DNA from: Basidiobolus meristosporus CBS 931.73
Taxonomy: Eukaryota; Fungi; Basidiobolomycota
Assembly: GCA_002104905.1 (NCBI GenBank)
Contig: MCFE01000032.1
Span: 124,001 to 188,000 of the forward strand
Direction: 5' to 3'
Length of the DNA stretch: 64,000 nucleotides
In this document: positions 1 through 11,210 of the stretch, one piece after another
Layout of the letters: the number at the start of each line of letters is the position of its first letter
Position numbering within the stretch: the stretch's first letter is position 1
Made by a program: the position numbers and the translations under genes
The notes under the pieces: generated by a model
Told to the model about the DNA's origin: nothing
The model's database searches: none
The model's input: the letters and a program-made list of their open reading frames with translations, nothing else

Positions 1-2614
1 CAGACCCTTTCCACCGGTGTTGCCGCCCAAGAGGGTCACGAGAACGGATACATGGAGCAATTGCAGGAAGCCAAAAACATTGCCTCCCAATCGTCAACCG
101 AGGAAGAGCAAACCAAGCTACGCATTTCGCACATGAAAAAGGAGCTCAAGGAACTCCAGCCCAAGACCGCCAAAGCCAAAAAAGAGAACAGCACCGCTAT
201 CAAGGAGTTGGAAGCGGCCCAGCAACAAATCAAGAAGCTGGAGAGCCAAATCCAAAAACTGAATTGGGATCCAGACACCCAGGCGAAACTATTGAAGGAG
301 AAGTCGGAGTTGAAGTCCAAGATTGATTCCCTTGAAGATGAGGTGGAAACCATGTCTTCCAAGCTCTCTGGTCTCGAGTTTCAGTATGCAGATCCCACAC
401 CCAACTTCGATCGCTCCCAAGTGAAGGGTCTGGTTGCCGAGTTGATCAATGTAGAGGATGAGCAAAAGATCGCCTCGACTGCTTTAGAGATTTGTGCTGG
501 TGGGCGACTCTATAACGTGGGTACACTAGGATTTCGCTATGCTCACGATCGTTTACTTACCTAGATTCTATCCTTGTAGGTTGTTGTCGACACTGAGGTT
601 GTCGGTAAGCAATTGCTTCAAAAGGGAAAGCTTCGTCGTCGTGTGACCATCATCCCATTGAACAAGATTGCTGCGTTCAAAGCGTCTGCTGAAAAGATCG
701 CCACCGCTCAGAAGCTTGCACCTGGTAAGGTGGACCTTGCTTTGAACCTCATCGGTTACGACGACGAGGTCACCGCAGCTATGCAGTTCGTTTTCGGCAA
801 CACGCTCATCTGTAGAGGTAAGTTGCTGCGGGATTCTTGCATTACCAACCATCGGCTAAGTTTATGCACCACTAGATGCCAAGTCTGCTGAGAAGGTCAC
901 ATTTGACAAGAATGTGCGGATGAAGTCAGTTACCTATGATGGCGATGTCTATGACCCATCGGGCACTTTGCAGGGTGGCTCCAAGCCCTCGTCAGGCGGT
1001 ATCCTGATGAAAATGAACGCATTGAAAGAGGCCAAAATGGAATTGGCTAGTCTTCATGCTAAGCTTGATTCGGTGAACAAGAAGCTACAAGCGCTGCAGC
1101 AAGAAGGAGCGAAGTATAAGGAAGCCAAGCAGCAGTTGGACCTTAAGATCCACGCCGCCACTCTTCTCGAAGAGCAGCTAAGCAAAAGCTCGCACGCTCA
1201 AGTCCTCAAACGCGCCCAGGATTTGGAGAATGAGGTCCAGGATCTCGAGAAGGCGATCACTCAATGCCGTGAAAAGCGCAGCGATGCGCTGAAACGCGTA
1301 AAAGAGCTTGAGGTGGAAATGGAGGAATTCAAAGAAAACAAAGATTCGAAACTGGAAGACATGAGAAAGAAGCTGTCCAACGCGAAGAAGACCCTCTCCA
1401 AATCCACCCAGGTGGTTAAGAACATGCAGCGCGAGGTCCAAACCATGCAACTAGAAATCGAGCAAACCGAGGCTGAGATCAGCAGCTGCAGACAACAGAT
1501 TTCGGATGCCGATCAATCGATCGAGGAATACAGCGAGCAGGAGAAAACACTGAAGGAGGAGCTCATTGACATCAAGAATGCCCTTGACAACGCTCAGGAC
1601 AAGTTGGATCGCGAGATGGAAACCATGAAAAACTATGACAGTGAGATTCGTGAACTCGAGGCGCTATCGAAGAGTAAGGCCGCCGAAATGGCCGATTCTC
1701 AGCTTGAGCTTCAGAAGCTTTCCCACGAGCTCGAGAGGTACGATAAAGAACGCGAGACTGCGGCGAGAGTGATCGCGGAGCTTGAGAAGGCCCATGAATG
1801 GATCGTCGATCAAAAGCAATTCTTTGGCAAAGAGAACACTCCATACGATTTCGAGCAGCACGATGTCAAGGATGCCCAAAAGAAGCTGAAGAAGCTCGAG
1901 CTTGAGCACGACAAGCTACGTAAAAAGATCAACATGAAGGTCATGAACACCATGGATAGCGTAGAAAAGAAAGAGGCTGCTTTGAAGCATATGCTTCACA
2001 CCGTCCGCAAGGACAAAAGAAAGATTGAGGAGACCATCAAGGAGCTCGACAACTACAAAAAGGAAGCGCTCGAGCGAACCTGGAAGAAGGTGAACGTCGA
2101 TTTCGGAGCGATCTTTGGGGAGCTTCTCCAGGGAAATTCGGCCAAGCTTGAGCCACCTGAGAACCAGACTTTAATGGAGGGACTGGAGGTCAAGGTGTGC
2201 TTGGGTGGCGTTTGGAAACAGAGTCTTACCGAACTCAGTGGTGGACAGCGCTCGCTCATTGCCTTATCCTTGATCTTGGCATTGCTGCAGTTCAAGCCAG
2301 CTCCCATGTATATCCTTGATGAGATTGATGCCGCGCTGGATCTGTCCCATACACAGAACATCGGTCAACTGTTCCGTAGTCGCTTCAAGGGATCCCAATT
2401 CATCGTAGTCTCCCTGAAAGAAGGAATGTTCAACAACGCGAATGTGTTGTTTAGAGCACGTTTCCGTGACGGCATTTCCATGGTTGAGCGACATGCCCAA
2501 AAGCAATCGAGGACCCCCGGAAGAACCAGCCAACGTCCAAGCATGGGCACTCCGGTATCCAAACCAGTCCCTCGCAAGGTGACGAAAAGAGCTCGTGTTG
2601 CCAGTGACTCCTAA
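1..2614 (+). CDS. SMC2: Condensin subunit SMC2, 3' part (5' end outside window); introns 517-579 and 818-875
   Basis: Hinge GRLYN|VVVDT...RRVTIIPLNKI, long coiled coil, signature LSGGQRSL, Walker B PMYILDEIDAALD; GT-AG introns restore the frame. Confidence 0.96.
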
Positions 2615-2874
2615 ACTAGATCCGATCCGATTTTGAATGTATTTTTTGTTTACTTCTACTGCCAGACTCATCTATAGGGTTCAACTGTAAATATGTATTT
2701 GATTCTATTCTCGAGTGAATAAATGTTGATTTTGCCTTGAGTGGATAAAATTTTCGTGAAATCTCCCTCCAAATCTCGGAAAAAAAGAAAAAAAAGCCTC
2801 GGTGATCTAGCGGCTACCGATATACTTCTTGGGTGAATCATCGCTTTTCCCGTCCTATTTTACATCCACAGACC

Positions 2875-5375
2875 ATGGTACGCAAGTCACAACACCATCG
2901 CGGCAATGTCAAAAGAAAAGGTACCGGGACGAACCTGGGAAATGCCAAGAAAAACAAGCCCATGAAGTTTGGCCAGCTTTCCAAAAGCCAGAAAGAGCAG
3001 CTTGTGGAGTACGGTGAACTTGATCCTACGAAGGAAGACGAGGACGACCTCGAATCCAAGTAAGTGTTCGTCACCCGACCGGGCTGCCCACTGGTTGCTA
3101 AATGCTCTTATAGGATCTTTCGTAAAGTAGTTCGAGAGGAGGATTTGGATGAGGAACGCAAACGTCAGTACGAAGATTCGGACCAAGAAGAGGACGATGA
3201 GGAGCAGGAAGAGGAATGGGAGAAGCCATCCTCTTACAGCAAGCTAGTCAATTTGTTGAAGAAAAATTCCCGTAACGCCGACTTTTACAAACGGCAGAAG
3301 CTAGAGGAGGAAGGCTTGGAGGATGATTTGAGCGAGGAGGAGCAAGACGAGTTGGATCTAGAGGATGGTGAAAGTACGTAGTTGTTAAAGCAACGTAATT
3401 TACATGATTTTGATAAGGTGCTAATTCTCTCCCCTCGCGTAGCACTTGAGCTAACTGCCGAGCAAGCCGAGGAATTCAGAAAAAAATACGGTGATGCCGT
3501 GTTACAAGAATTGCAAAACGGTCATCTCTCCGATGATGATGATGTTGAGGGAGAGGAGGGAGAAGAGGAAGAGGAAGACGTAAGCGAAGTGGAGGAAGAT
3601 GACAACGGGGAAAACGAGCATTATTCGGCGGAAGAGGATGAAGATGACGAGGTTGCCGAAGCCGGCGACTTCTACGAGCAACATTTCGGTGAGCATGTAC
3701 ATGAAGATTTCAACCATCGAGTTGCTATTGCGGAGCAGAAGCAATGGAAGCTAAACTGCCGAAATGACACCTTGCTCAATCAAGTCATGTCATATAGTTT
3801 GGAAGAAGCCACCAACACGGAAGCAGAAGTTCCGACCAAGAACCCCTCTGCTGGATTGGAGGAATTCAAAATCAAGCAGAGACTTCATGAGCCCTGGATC
3901 AAGTCGAAGGCGAGTTCCCCTGCCCAAGAGAGCAGCTACAACAAAGATCTCACCGACCTGCAGTATCTCCTTTATAAGGAAATGCAGCAATACAAAGACA
4001 TCGTGTATACGAATCGCTCGCTGGAGAACAGCGAAGAAATCCGCCGACTCTACTGTCTTCATGCCATCAACCATTCTTACAAGACTAGAGATAGAATTCT
4101 CAAAAACAGCATGAAGATCACTGCTGCTCAAAACGAAGATAAGGATATCGGTGAAGTCAAAGATCAAGGCTTTACACGACCCAAGGTTCTGATTGTCGTT
4201 CCATTTCGTAATGCAGCCCTTAAGATCATCGACACTATCATCGAGCTCTCTGGTACCACCCAGCAGGACAACAAAAAGCGACTGAGTAAAGAATTCGGGG
4301 TCCCCCCAGAGGAGATTGAGGTTGACACCTCCAAGCCAGCCGACTTCAACGACATATTCACCGGCAACCCAGACGATTGCTTCCGTGTTGGCATCAAATT
4401 CACTCGTAAAACCATGAAGATCTATTCGGACTTCTACTCCTCCGATATCATTGTCGCTTCACCCCTTGGCTCCGACTGATCATTGGAACCCAAGAGGATA
4501 AAAAGAGAGACTTTGACTTCCTGTCCTCTATCGAGCTGCTGATCATGGATCAGACCGATGTCTTCCTGATGCAAAACTGGGAGCACGTCGAGCATCTCTT
4601 TGACCACATGAACCTGATCCCCAAGGACTCTCACGGATGTGATTTCTCCAGAGTTAAGGGCTGGTATCTGGATGGTAGATCGAAATACCTTCGCCAGACG
4701 CTCTCTTTCTCCAGCTTTTTGTCGCCCGAAATCAACGCCATGTTCAATAAGCACTGTAAAAATATCCAAGGAAAGCTGAAGATCAAAAAGGCCTACGAGG
4801 GGTCCATCTACGATGTCATTCCTCAGGTGCAGCAAGTCTTCACCCGTATCCCATGCAAGAGCGCGGCAGAAGCAGCGGATGTTCGCTTCAGACATTTCAT
4901 CGACAAAGTGGTGCCCACCCTGAGAAAGTCGGCGCACTCGCAAGACCACACCCTAATTTTCATCCCGTCCTACTTCGATTTTGTCCGCGTGCGAAACTAC
5001 TTCACTGAGCACAACTATTCCTTCGTCCAGTTGTGCGAATACACCAGCAACTCCGATATCTCCCGCTCCCGCTCGAACTTCTTCCACGGCCGACAAAGCT
5101 TCATGCTTTACACCGAGCGGTTCCACTTCTTCAGACGCTACAATATTCGTGGTATCAAGCACATCGTCTTCTACGGCCTACCGGAATACCCGCAATTCTA
5201 CTCAGAAATGCTGAATTGCCTGACACTTCCAACCCATGACAATTCAACCTTCAACGATTGGACCTGCACCTCGGTGTTCACTCGCTACGATCAACTCAAG
5301 CTAGAGCGCATTGTTGGAACCAAGCGGGCCCAACGCATGACCTCTGGCGAGAAGGAGGTGTTCATGTTCGCGTAA
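2875..5375 (+). CDS. UTP25: U3 snoRNA-associated protein 25 (UTP25/DEF); two introns near 3060 and 3380; apparent 1-nt frameshift near 4470
   Basis: Acidic N-terminus; motifs DQGFTRPKVLIVVP, FYSSDIIVASPLG, DFLSSIE, QTDVFLMQNW, YTERFHFFRRYNIRG. Confidence 0.93.
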
Positions 5376-5588
5376 TTTCCGAGACACTTGTCGTGATCAC
5401 CGTGTTTATATGTATTGAGATTCATATTTAATCATTCCGCCCCGGGAAATAAACCATAGAATAGAGATTCTTCATCCACCCGATTGCTAGTCTGGTAGTA
5501 ATTTACATTTTATTGTACACTAACTAATTTGACATCGATTAATTGTTTATACAACTTGTGGCGCGCAAGTGGAAGCCACAATCCGCGC

Positions 5589-6029
5589 TCAATTGAATTG
5601 ATGGCGACGGCTACGGACGATGCTTCTGGGTGGGATCAGTCTTGGCTTGTACTTCATGACTGGCGCCATGTTCATCAGCGTTGCCTTTTTGTAGATGTTG
5701 TTCTTCAGCTTGGTCGCGCAGAATTTGTTGAAGAGCTCACTGTTTCGCGCCGAGTAACGAATCGTCTCTTGGCTGGGGGGCAGCACGGAGACCGTGGAGG
5801 CGTGCGTGCTGTAGTGGCGGGGACTCAGGTTTTTGGAGAAGTAAACCGGGGGTCGGCGGTGCACAACTGGGTTTGGAATTAGGATGGGTTGTGATTTAGT
5901 GTACCAAACGCTGCTGGGGGTGTTTCGGGTGATCGAGCTGACTGAGACCTTTTGGAGGTTGGCAGTCATGTCGAGTGCACGCTCCAAGAGCTTGGATTTG
6001 TTGACGTAGGTTTTAATGGCGTTAAACAT
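5589..6029 (-). CDS. Hypothetical basic 146-aa protein, single exon
   Basis: ATG-started ORF with C-ending codon bias like neighbouring genes; TATA-like element ~60 bp upstream; no recognisable domain. Confidence 0.6.
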   Translation of the reverse strand: MFNAIKTYVNKSKLLERALDMTANLQKVSVSSITRNTPSSVWYTKSQPILIPNPVVHRRPPVYFSKNLSPRHYSTHASTVSVLPPSQETIRYSARNSELFNKFCATKLKNNIYKKATLMNMAPVMKYKPRLIPPRSIVRSRRHQFN

Positions 6030-6837
6030 AGAAGGTGGCTTGGAAGAGAAGGGTTGTCTGATTCTGGCCTACGGGGTCGTCCTGCTCTTATATAAATTTT
6101 GCCAGGTGGTCATGTAAGGAATTGATTAGGAATATGCCATTGCTGCAGCGGAAATCACCGTGTCCATGACGTGAATGTTGCCTATCAAGCTTTCATCCAG
6201 AATTCCTTACAAAGGTTCTAGTCATTTAGTCAGCACAATACATAATCAGAAGCACAGTCCGTTCATGTGACGACTGGGCGAGATCAATGTACTGGCTAAC
6301 ATAGTGGCTAAATAGGGAAAGGTTTTAGCGAACATCAGTTTCCATCGATTACCACAGATCTGTTGTGAATTGGCAATGGGAAATAAATCGAGTAATACGT
6401 GAGTAATGCGTGACAAATATGCATCACCACCACTCACCTGACTGACTTTATCCAATCCCAAATTACCAGGGGTCAAGGCGTTGCTGGAAGTATTCTAGAT
6501 TGGCTGCGGCAGCCATTCTAGATCGATATCAGGCGAAATCCATACCTGAACACGATTTCTCCGTAGCGATTAAATCAGGCTTTGCCAAGTGCTTAGGGTT
6601 AGGGCAGACCACATGACGCTTGTGTGAAGATTTGGGATTATGCCAACTCCAGAGAGTTGGTCTAAAATGGTAGTTCATCTATCACGCTCTATCCTGCTTG
6701 TTCCAATGCATAACACACGATGGAATTCTGGATTCGTATCAACCCACCCTAAATGGGTAAACCTTGAGGAGTATGGGATATTTCCAACCAGATAACTAGT
6801 GAACGGTCGGCTTTCAGACCTTTGATACTAACAACCC

Positions 6838-8043
6838 ATGAGTAAATTACCGAGTGGACGGCTAGCGACAGTATTTACTTATGTGGAGCAAGGCCAGCTA
6901 CCAACCTGCTCTTTGGTTTGCAAAGAGTGGGCGAAGGCTGCCTCTCCTTTACTGTGGAGAAAGCCTCGCTTTGGTGGACGGTTCCTCACCCGCGCACAAG
7001 CTTTCGAAACATTTCTACGTTGCTTGACGATCTGCCGTCCAGAGATTCTAGATCTCATTCGTGTCATCAATCTAAATAAATTCGAGGAAAGCTTGTACAG
7101 CGAGCTTCCGGAGGACTGGTTAAATACCGTTACGTCACACTGCCCCAAGCTGGAAGAGCTACATGTGGCTGAGAGTAGTATCTTTTCCTCTACCTCTCTC
7201 AAACGTGTCAAGAACCGACATCCTCTACTGAGGGTTATCAATTTAACGAACTGTAAAAACATCGGTAGCAACGGCTTCATGCTTCTTGGTCGTATGTTCC
7301 CCAATCTTCTGCAACTTCTAGTGAGCGGATGTGCTGGACTAAACGAGAAAACGTTATCCCAACTCGTTTACTTGTGCGACGATTTGCAAAGGCTGGAGCT
7401 TGCACACTGCCCTGGCCTTACGGATAACTGTTTGCACGCAGTGGCCAAGTTCGGCAAAGGAAACATTCAAGAGCTTGACCTCACGGGGAACGTTTATTTG
7501 ACTGACAAGACGTTACAATCCATCTCTATGTATTGTTGTCGGTTGAAGTCTCTGACCTTTCGAGAGTGCCAGTTGATAACGCCAAAAGGCTTGGAGTATC
7601 TGACCCAAGGATTGAACAGTCACTTGGAGGCGCTGGATGTATCCTTTTGTCGTGCTTGCCCGCTCGATGATTCAATATTGAATCTGCTCTCCGCGAAACT
7701 GTCGAACCTTAGCAACTTCACCCTCTCTTTCCCACAAATCAACCTCGCCAAACGAGGGATCAACTCGATCATCACCTGCCTTCAAGGATTTGCCAGGTTG
7801 CAACACCTCACCATCCACTTCATTCCTGAGAACGTTTCCCTCGAATTCCTCAAGGGAGTGATTGAAAACTGTAAGCAGCTCAAGGTGATTACGCTGTACA
7901 GACAAGCTTATACGTGTGACTACATTTTTGGCTTTTATTCCAAGTCGAACCATTCCGAAATGATCCATGAGGAGAACATCCGTGCACTGCTCCAAGACCA
8001 CCCGAGGCTCCAGATCCATCTCAAGCGAGAGGAGATGTATTGA
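6838..8043 (+). CDS. F-box/leucine-rich-repeat protein (FBXL-like), intronless, 401 aa
   Basis: F-box-like LPSGRLATVF...CSLVCKEW...LLWR followed by cysteine-containing LRRs (LxxLxLxxCxxLTD). Confidence 0.88.
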   Translation: MSKLPSGRLATVFTYVEQGQLPTCSLVCKEWAKAASPLLWRKPRFGGRFLTRAQAFETFLRCLTICRPEILDLIRVINLNKFEESLYSELPEDWLNTVTSHCPKLEELHVAESSIFSSTSLKRVKNRHPLLRVINLTNCKNIGSNGFMLLGRMFPNLLQLLVSGCAGLNEKTLSQLVYLCDDLQRLELAHCPGLTDNCLHAVAKFGKGNIQELDLTGNVYLTDKTLQSISMYCCRLKSLTFRECQLITPKGLEYLTQGLNSHLEALDVSFCRACPLDDSILNLLSAKLSNLSNFTLSFPQINLAKRGINSIITCLQGFARLQHLTIHFIPENVSLEFLKGVIENCKQLKVITLYRQAYTCDYIFGFYSKSNHSEMIHEENIRALLQDHPRLQIHLKREEMY

Positions 8044-8196
8044 ACCCGGCTGCCATCTTCTACGCCTATCTGCATGTATCGCAATTTTGAAAGGGTCCAA
8101 ATAAAGCGAGTTGGTGGAATTATGCATGACTTCCAATCTAGTTGCTATAAACGACGTTAATCACTCTGGGCCTTGCTGGTGAATGGTTAGTCCCAC

Positions 8197-9711
8197 TTAC
8201 ATGATACAATTGGCGTGGTGACGCTTGGGCTTCTTTCTAATTTTACATGCCACACGGGTGGATGCAGCTTGGTGTTTGTCTTCGTGCACATCTGATACAG
8301 AGGTGGCTGGTGGTTGCTCTACCTGTGCGTGGTTGGCCATTTCTGCTGGTGGCTGGTGGGTTGATTGTTGTGTTTGTGGTGGTTGCTCCGAATACGTCTG
8401 TGTTGATGGATCGTTCTTGTGGTAAATATTGGACATGGACCTGGATTTCGATGCTGATATTGATGCTGATGTGCTATACAGCCTACGCAGCTGCTGCACG
8501 GACTTTCCCGAGGAGTTGCGGAGTTGGGGCTTGGTGATCGATTGAGGCGCACTTGGCAAGCTGGCAGTGCTGACCGTCGAAGGATCGAGGCGGTGATTTT
8601 CGTGAAATTTCGGAAGTGGGCTGGTCCATACGAGCGGCCCATCAAACGATGATTCTAGTTTGGAATCCACAATACATCTCCTCAGTGGCTTAGCGGGCGT
8701 TTCAAATTGAGGAGGCACCTTCACTGTGAATGGCTCTTCATTGTTCTCGATGTATCTGATGGACTTGTGTTTCAAATCATTTAATAGCTTTTCCGTCCGA
8801 TAGTCTTCATACAGTTGAAGATAGGTTTTCTCCTTTAGACTGTAGAGGTGGGTTTCAAGTAAAGCTTGCCTCAACGAAGACATATCGCTGTGGCTTGGGT
8901 TGAAGCATTCCACGATCCCCCAGCTGTATTCTCTTCCGAGAACTTTGGTACCGTCCTGTTTCCTAGGTTGCGACGGCTCACTCGAGACCACAGAGAACGG
9001 AAGCACGCGCCTCAGCCTTTGATTTTGTTGGTGAGACTCGTCGTCCTCGTCCTGGTCCTCGTCATCTGGGAAATCGTATGTTGGAATCGAGTGGTCCCTA
9101 AAGTCTCTCTGAATAACTGCCTTCATTTCTCTAAGCTCGGAAACTGTGTAACGGTCAGCTTTACCGATCACGGGGATAACGTTCACGTATTTGGAGAGCT
9201 TTTTTGCAAAGGCCAACTCTGCCTCCGAGAGCCGGACCAGTCCGGGTTGGACGAAGAACAGGCATGCGTGGACCTGCTCCTCCTTGGGCCTCGTGCTTCG
9301 GCTCAGCCTTGTTTCCTAGAAAAACCGGGTTAGAACGGTGGCAAACTGGACCCACGAGAGACTGCTAATAGAGACCTCCTGAAATCTAAGCAATAAGAGC
9401 CTCTTTACGTACTCCAAGACTGGACCCTCCCGCCCCTCTTCTAACGCTTGATGCTCCTCAAATCCCGGGGTATCTATGAAGTTCAGCACCAGGCTGGTTC
9501 CTTGGCTGACGGTGGTGACTTTCCGGGAGACGATTTCTTGAGTAGAGGGGTACCGATGGAACGGGGTTTGAGCCTCATGATCGACATGAGGCTGGAGGGA
9601 ATCTAGGAAAGTATTGACGAAGGAGGACTTTCCGGACCCAGAAGCCCCGACCACCATGACATTGAATAGGGTTGGGGGAGTTTTTCTTCGGCTACTTGAA
9701 CTTCTGGCCAT
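8197..9711 (-). CDS. Divergent septin GTPase with low-complexity C-terminal tail; intron(s) near 9320-9375
   Basis: G1 NVMVVGASGSGKSSF, G3 FIDTPG, VHACLFF, G4 NVIPVIGKAD, VLPFSVV, GREYSWG, HSD motifs. Confidence 0.88.
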
Positions 9712-10565
9712 GCCCCGAATCACACTCAAGGTAGAGGAGTCTCAGAGAGAAGGGAATAGAACTGCAGTAGACGTACAGCCATTGTTAATTTATTCCCTGT
9801 CGGGGATTGAGTTATTGTCAAGGCTTACCAAAATGGGCGGAGAAAAGGATATGATTTCGGCGAGGATTCGATGGTAATACTGTGCTCAATGTCCCCTTCA
9901 CCTCAATGAAAATTCGACTAATACGGCCGGTATCAAAGATCCCTCCATGGTTTGGGCAAAAACGGGTATTCCGCCACGGTGGACAAGGATATGGATCCGA
10001 ATGAGGTAACGTTCAGGACTCGTTTTCGTGACCTGGCTCACCAGGCCAAAGATTTGCTTGGGCATCGATGACTGACGTGAGTATCTTGTTGCGAATTACC
10101 TTTGCTCCATTTCGTCAGCCAATCTCGAGGCCCGCAACAAGGACAATAGTGCATAGGTGGTACCACAAGCCTCTATTGATCCAGCTTACGGTCAATACAC
10201 GCTCCGCTGGTCACACCGTTGAATCAGCTACGTGATCCTGATAGTGGTCGTTGATGTAGACATACCGTAACTTGAACATTATTAAATTTCTCAATTTCAC
10301 ATGCATTCACTCTGATTCCAACCAAGTACCCATCAATGCCGGCACATCCTCTAATTCATCCCCGTGCCTGTCAATTGTGGAACTTCAGCTGGCTGAGAAG
10401 GCATTTATTATGACCAGTAAGGCTAGGTTGACAAATGAATATTCAATATCGATCTGTCGGGAAGTTGGGCAGTTCTAAATAATGTTCAAAGAGGCGGATT
10501 TCGCGAGGGATTATAGCGGGGGGTTCTGTAATGCAGGAATGGGGAAGGTATTGCGGTGGTTGGGG

Positions 10566-10855
10566 TTAAAGTTGTACAGTACTTTCTTCGTCTTCTCGTT
10601 GGAACTCATCCTGTGGAGCAAAGTTGGGTTAGTGCCGAACGGCCAAATATTGCCCAGAAAAGGGGAGATTACCGGATCGTAGATGACACGGATGATCAAC
10701 GAGCAACTGGGACAACGGGCGATCTCCTCACCGTCATACAAATCCTCCAAGGTGATCTCGAAACGATCCCCGCAAGGGCAAGGGTAGTGGTAGACCTCGT
10801 TTTCCTCGTCGAATTCCAAATCTTCGATCTCCACTTCGTCGTAAAAGGAGGTCAT
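10566..10855 (-). CDS. DPH3: Diphthamide biosynthesis protein 3 (CSL zinc finger); exons 10855-10673 and 10610-10566
   Basis: YDEVEIEDL...YPCPCGDRF...[14 protein letters not shown]; a 62-bp GT-AG intron gives an acidic tail [14 protein letters not shown]. Confidence 0.96.
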
Positions 10856-11210
10856 CGTTTAAAACTATCAGAAGTATCCTGTGTAGGCTGGGCAAATGCT
10901 CTCGAAAACCGAAATCTTTTCGCTCTACAGACGTTCGAAACACGCACCGATATAGGTTACCACCGGGTAGAGTTGGCTCTGCGTCAAGCGAACGAAAACT
11001 TTCCCTGTCCTACTTAAAAAGGACAGATGTGAAAAAGAGAAGGTTCATAAGGCTGCGGTACAACAACAAAAAAAGCCGAAAAAGGCCATGTCACGTGGCC
11101 CGGGGGGACTGCGATTTCCAAGCATTTTACTGAGTTCGCTTTGAAACCAAGATTGCTAACTAGACAACTAGACACATAGGTGGACATTGCTAATCAATGT
11201 TTGCAACGCT

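Noticed and set aside
36-2671. Many antisense or alternate-frame ORFs over SMC2 (and likewise over SEN1, LEO1, SOD1)
   Set aside because: Shadow ORFs of strongly biased coding sequence, with no domain signal.
9880-10260. CpG-rich stretch between septin and DPH3 with splice-like signals (GTGAGT...CAG) and short ORFs
   Set aside because: I could not assemble a convincing spliced ORF or motif on either strand; probably promoter/UTR, though a small gene cannot be excluded.
11098-11120. GGGGGACTGCG resembling the U1 snRNA 3' stem-loop
   Set aside because: No Sm site, no U1 5' end and no complementary stem follow.
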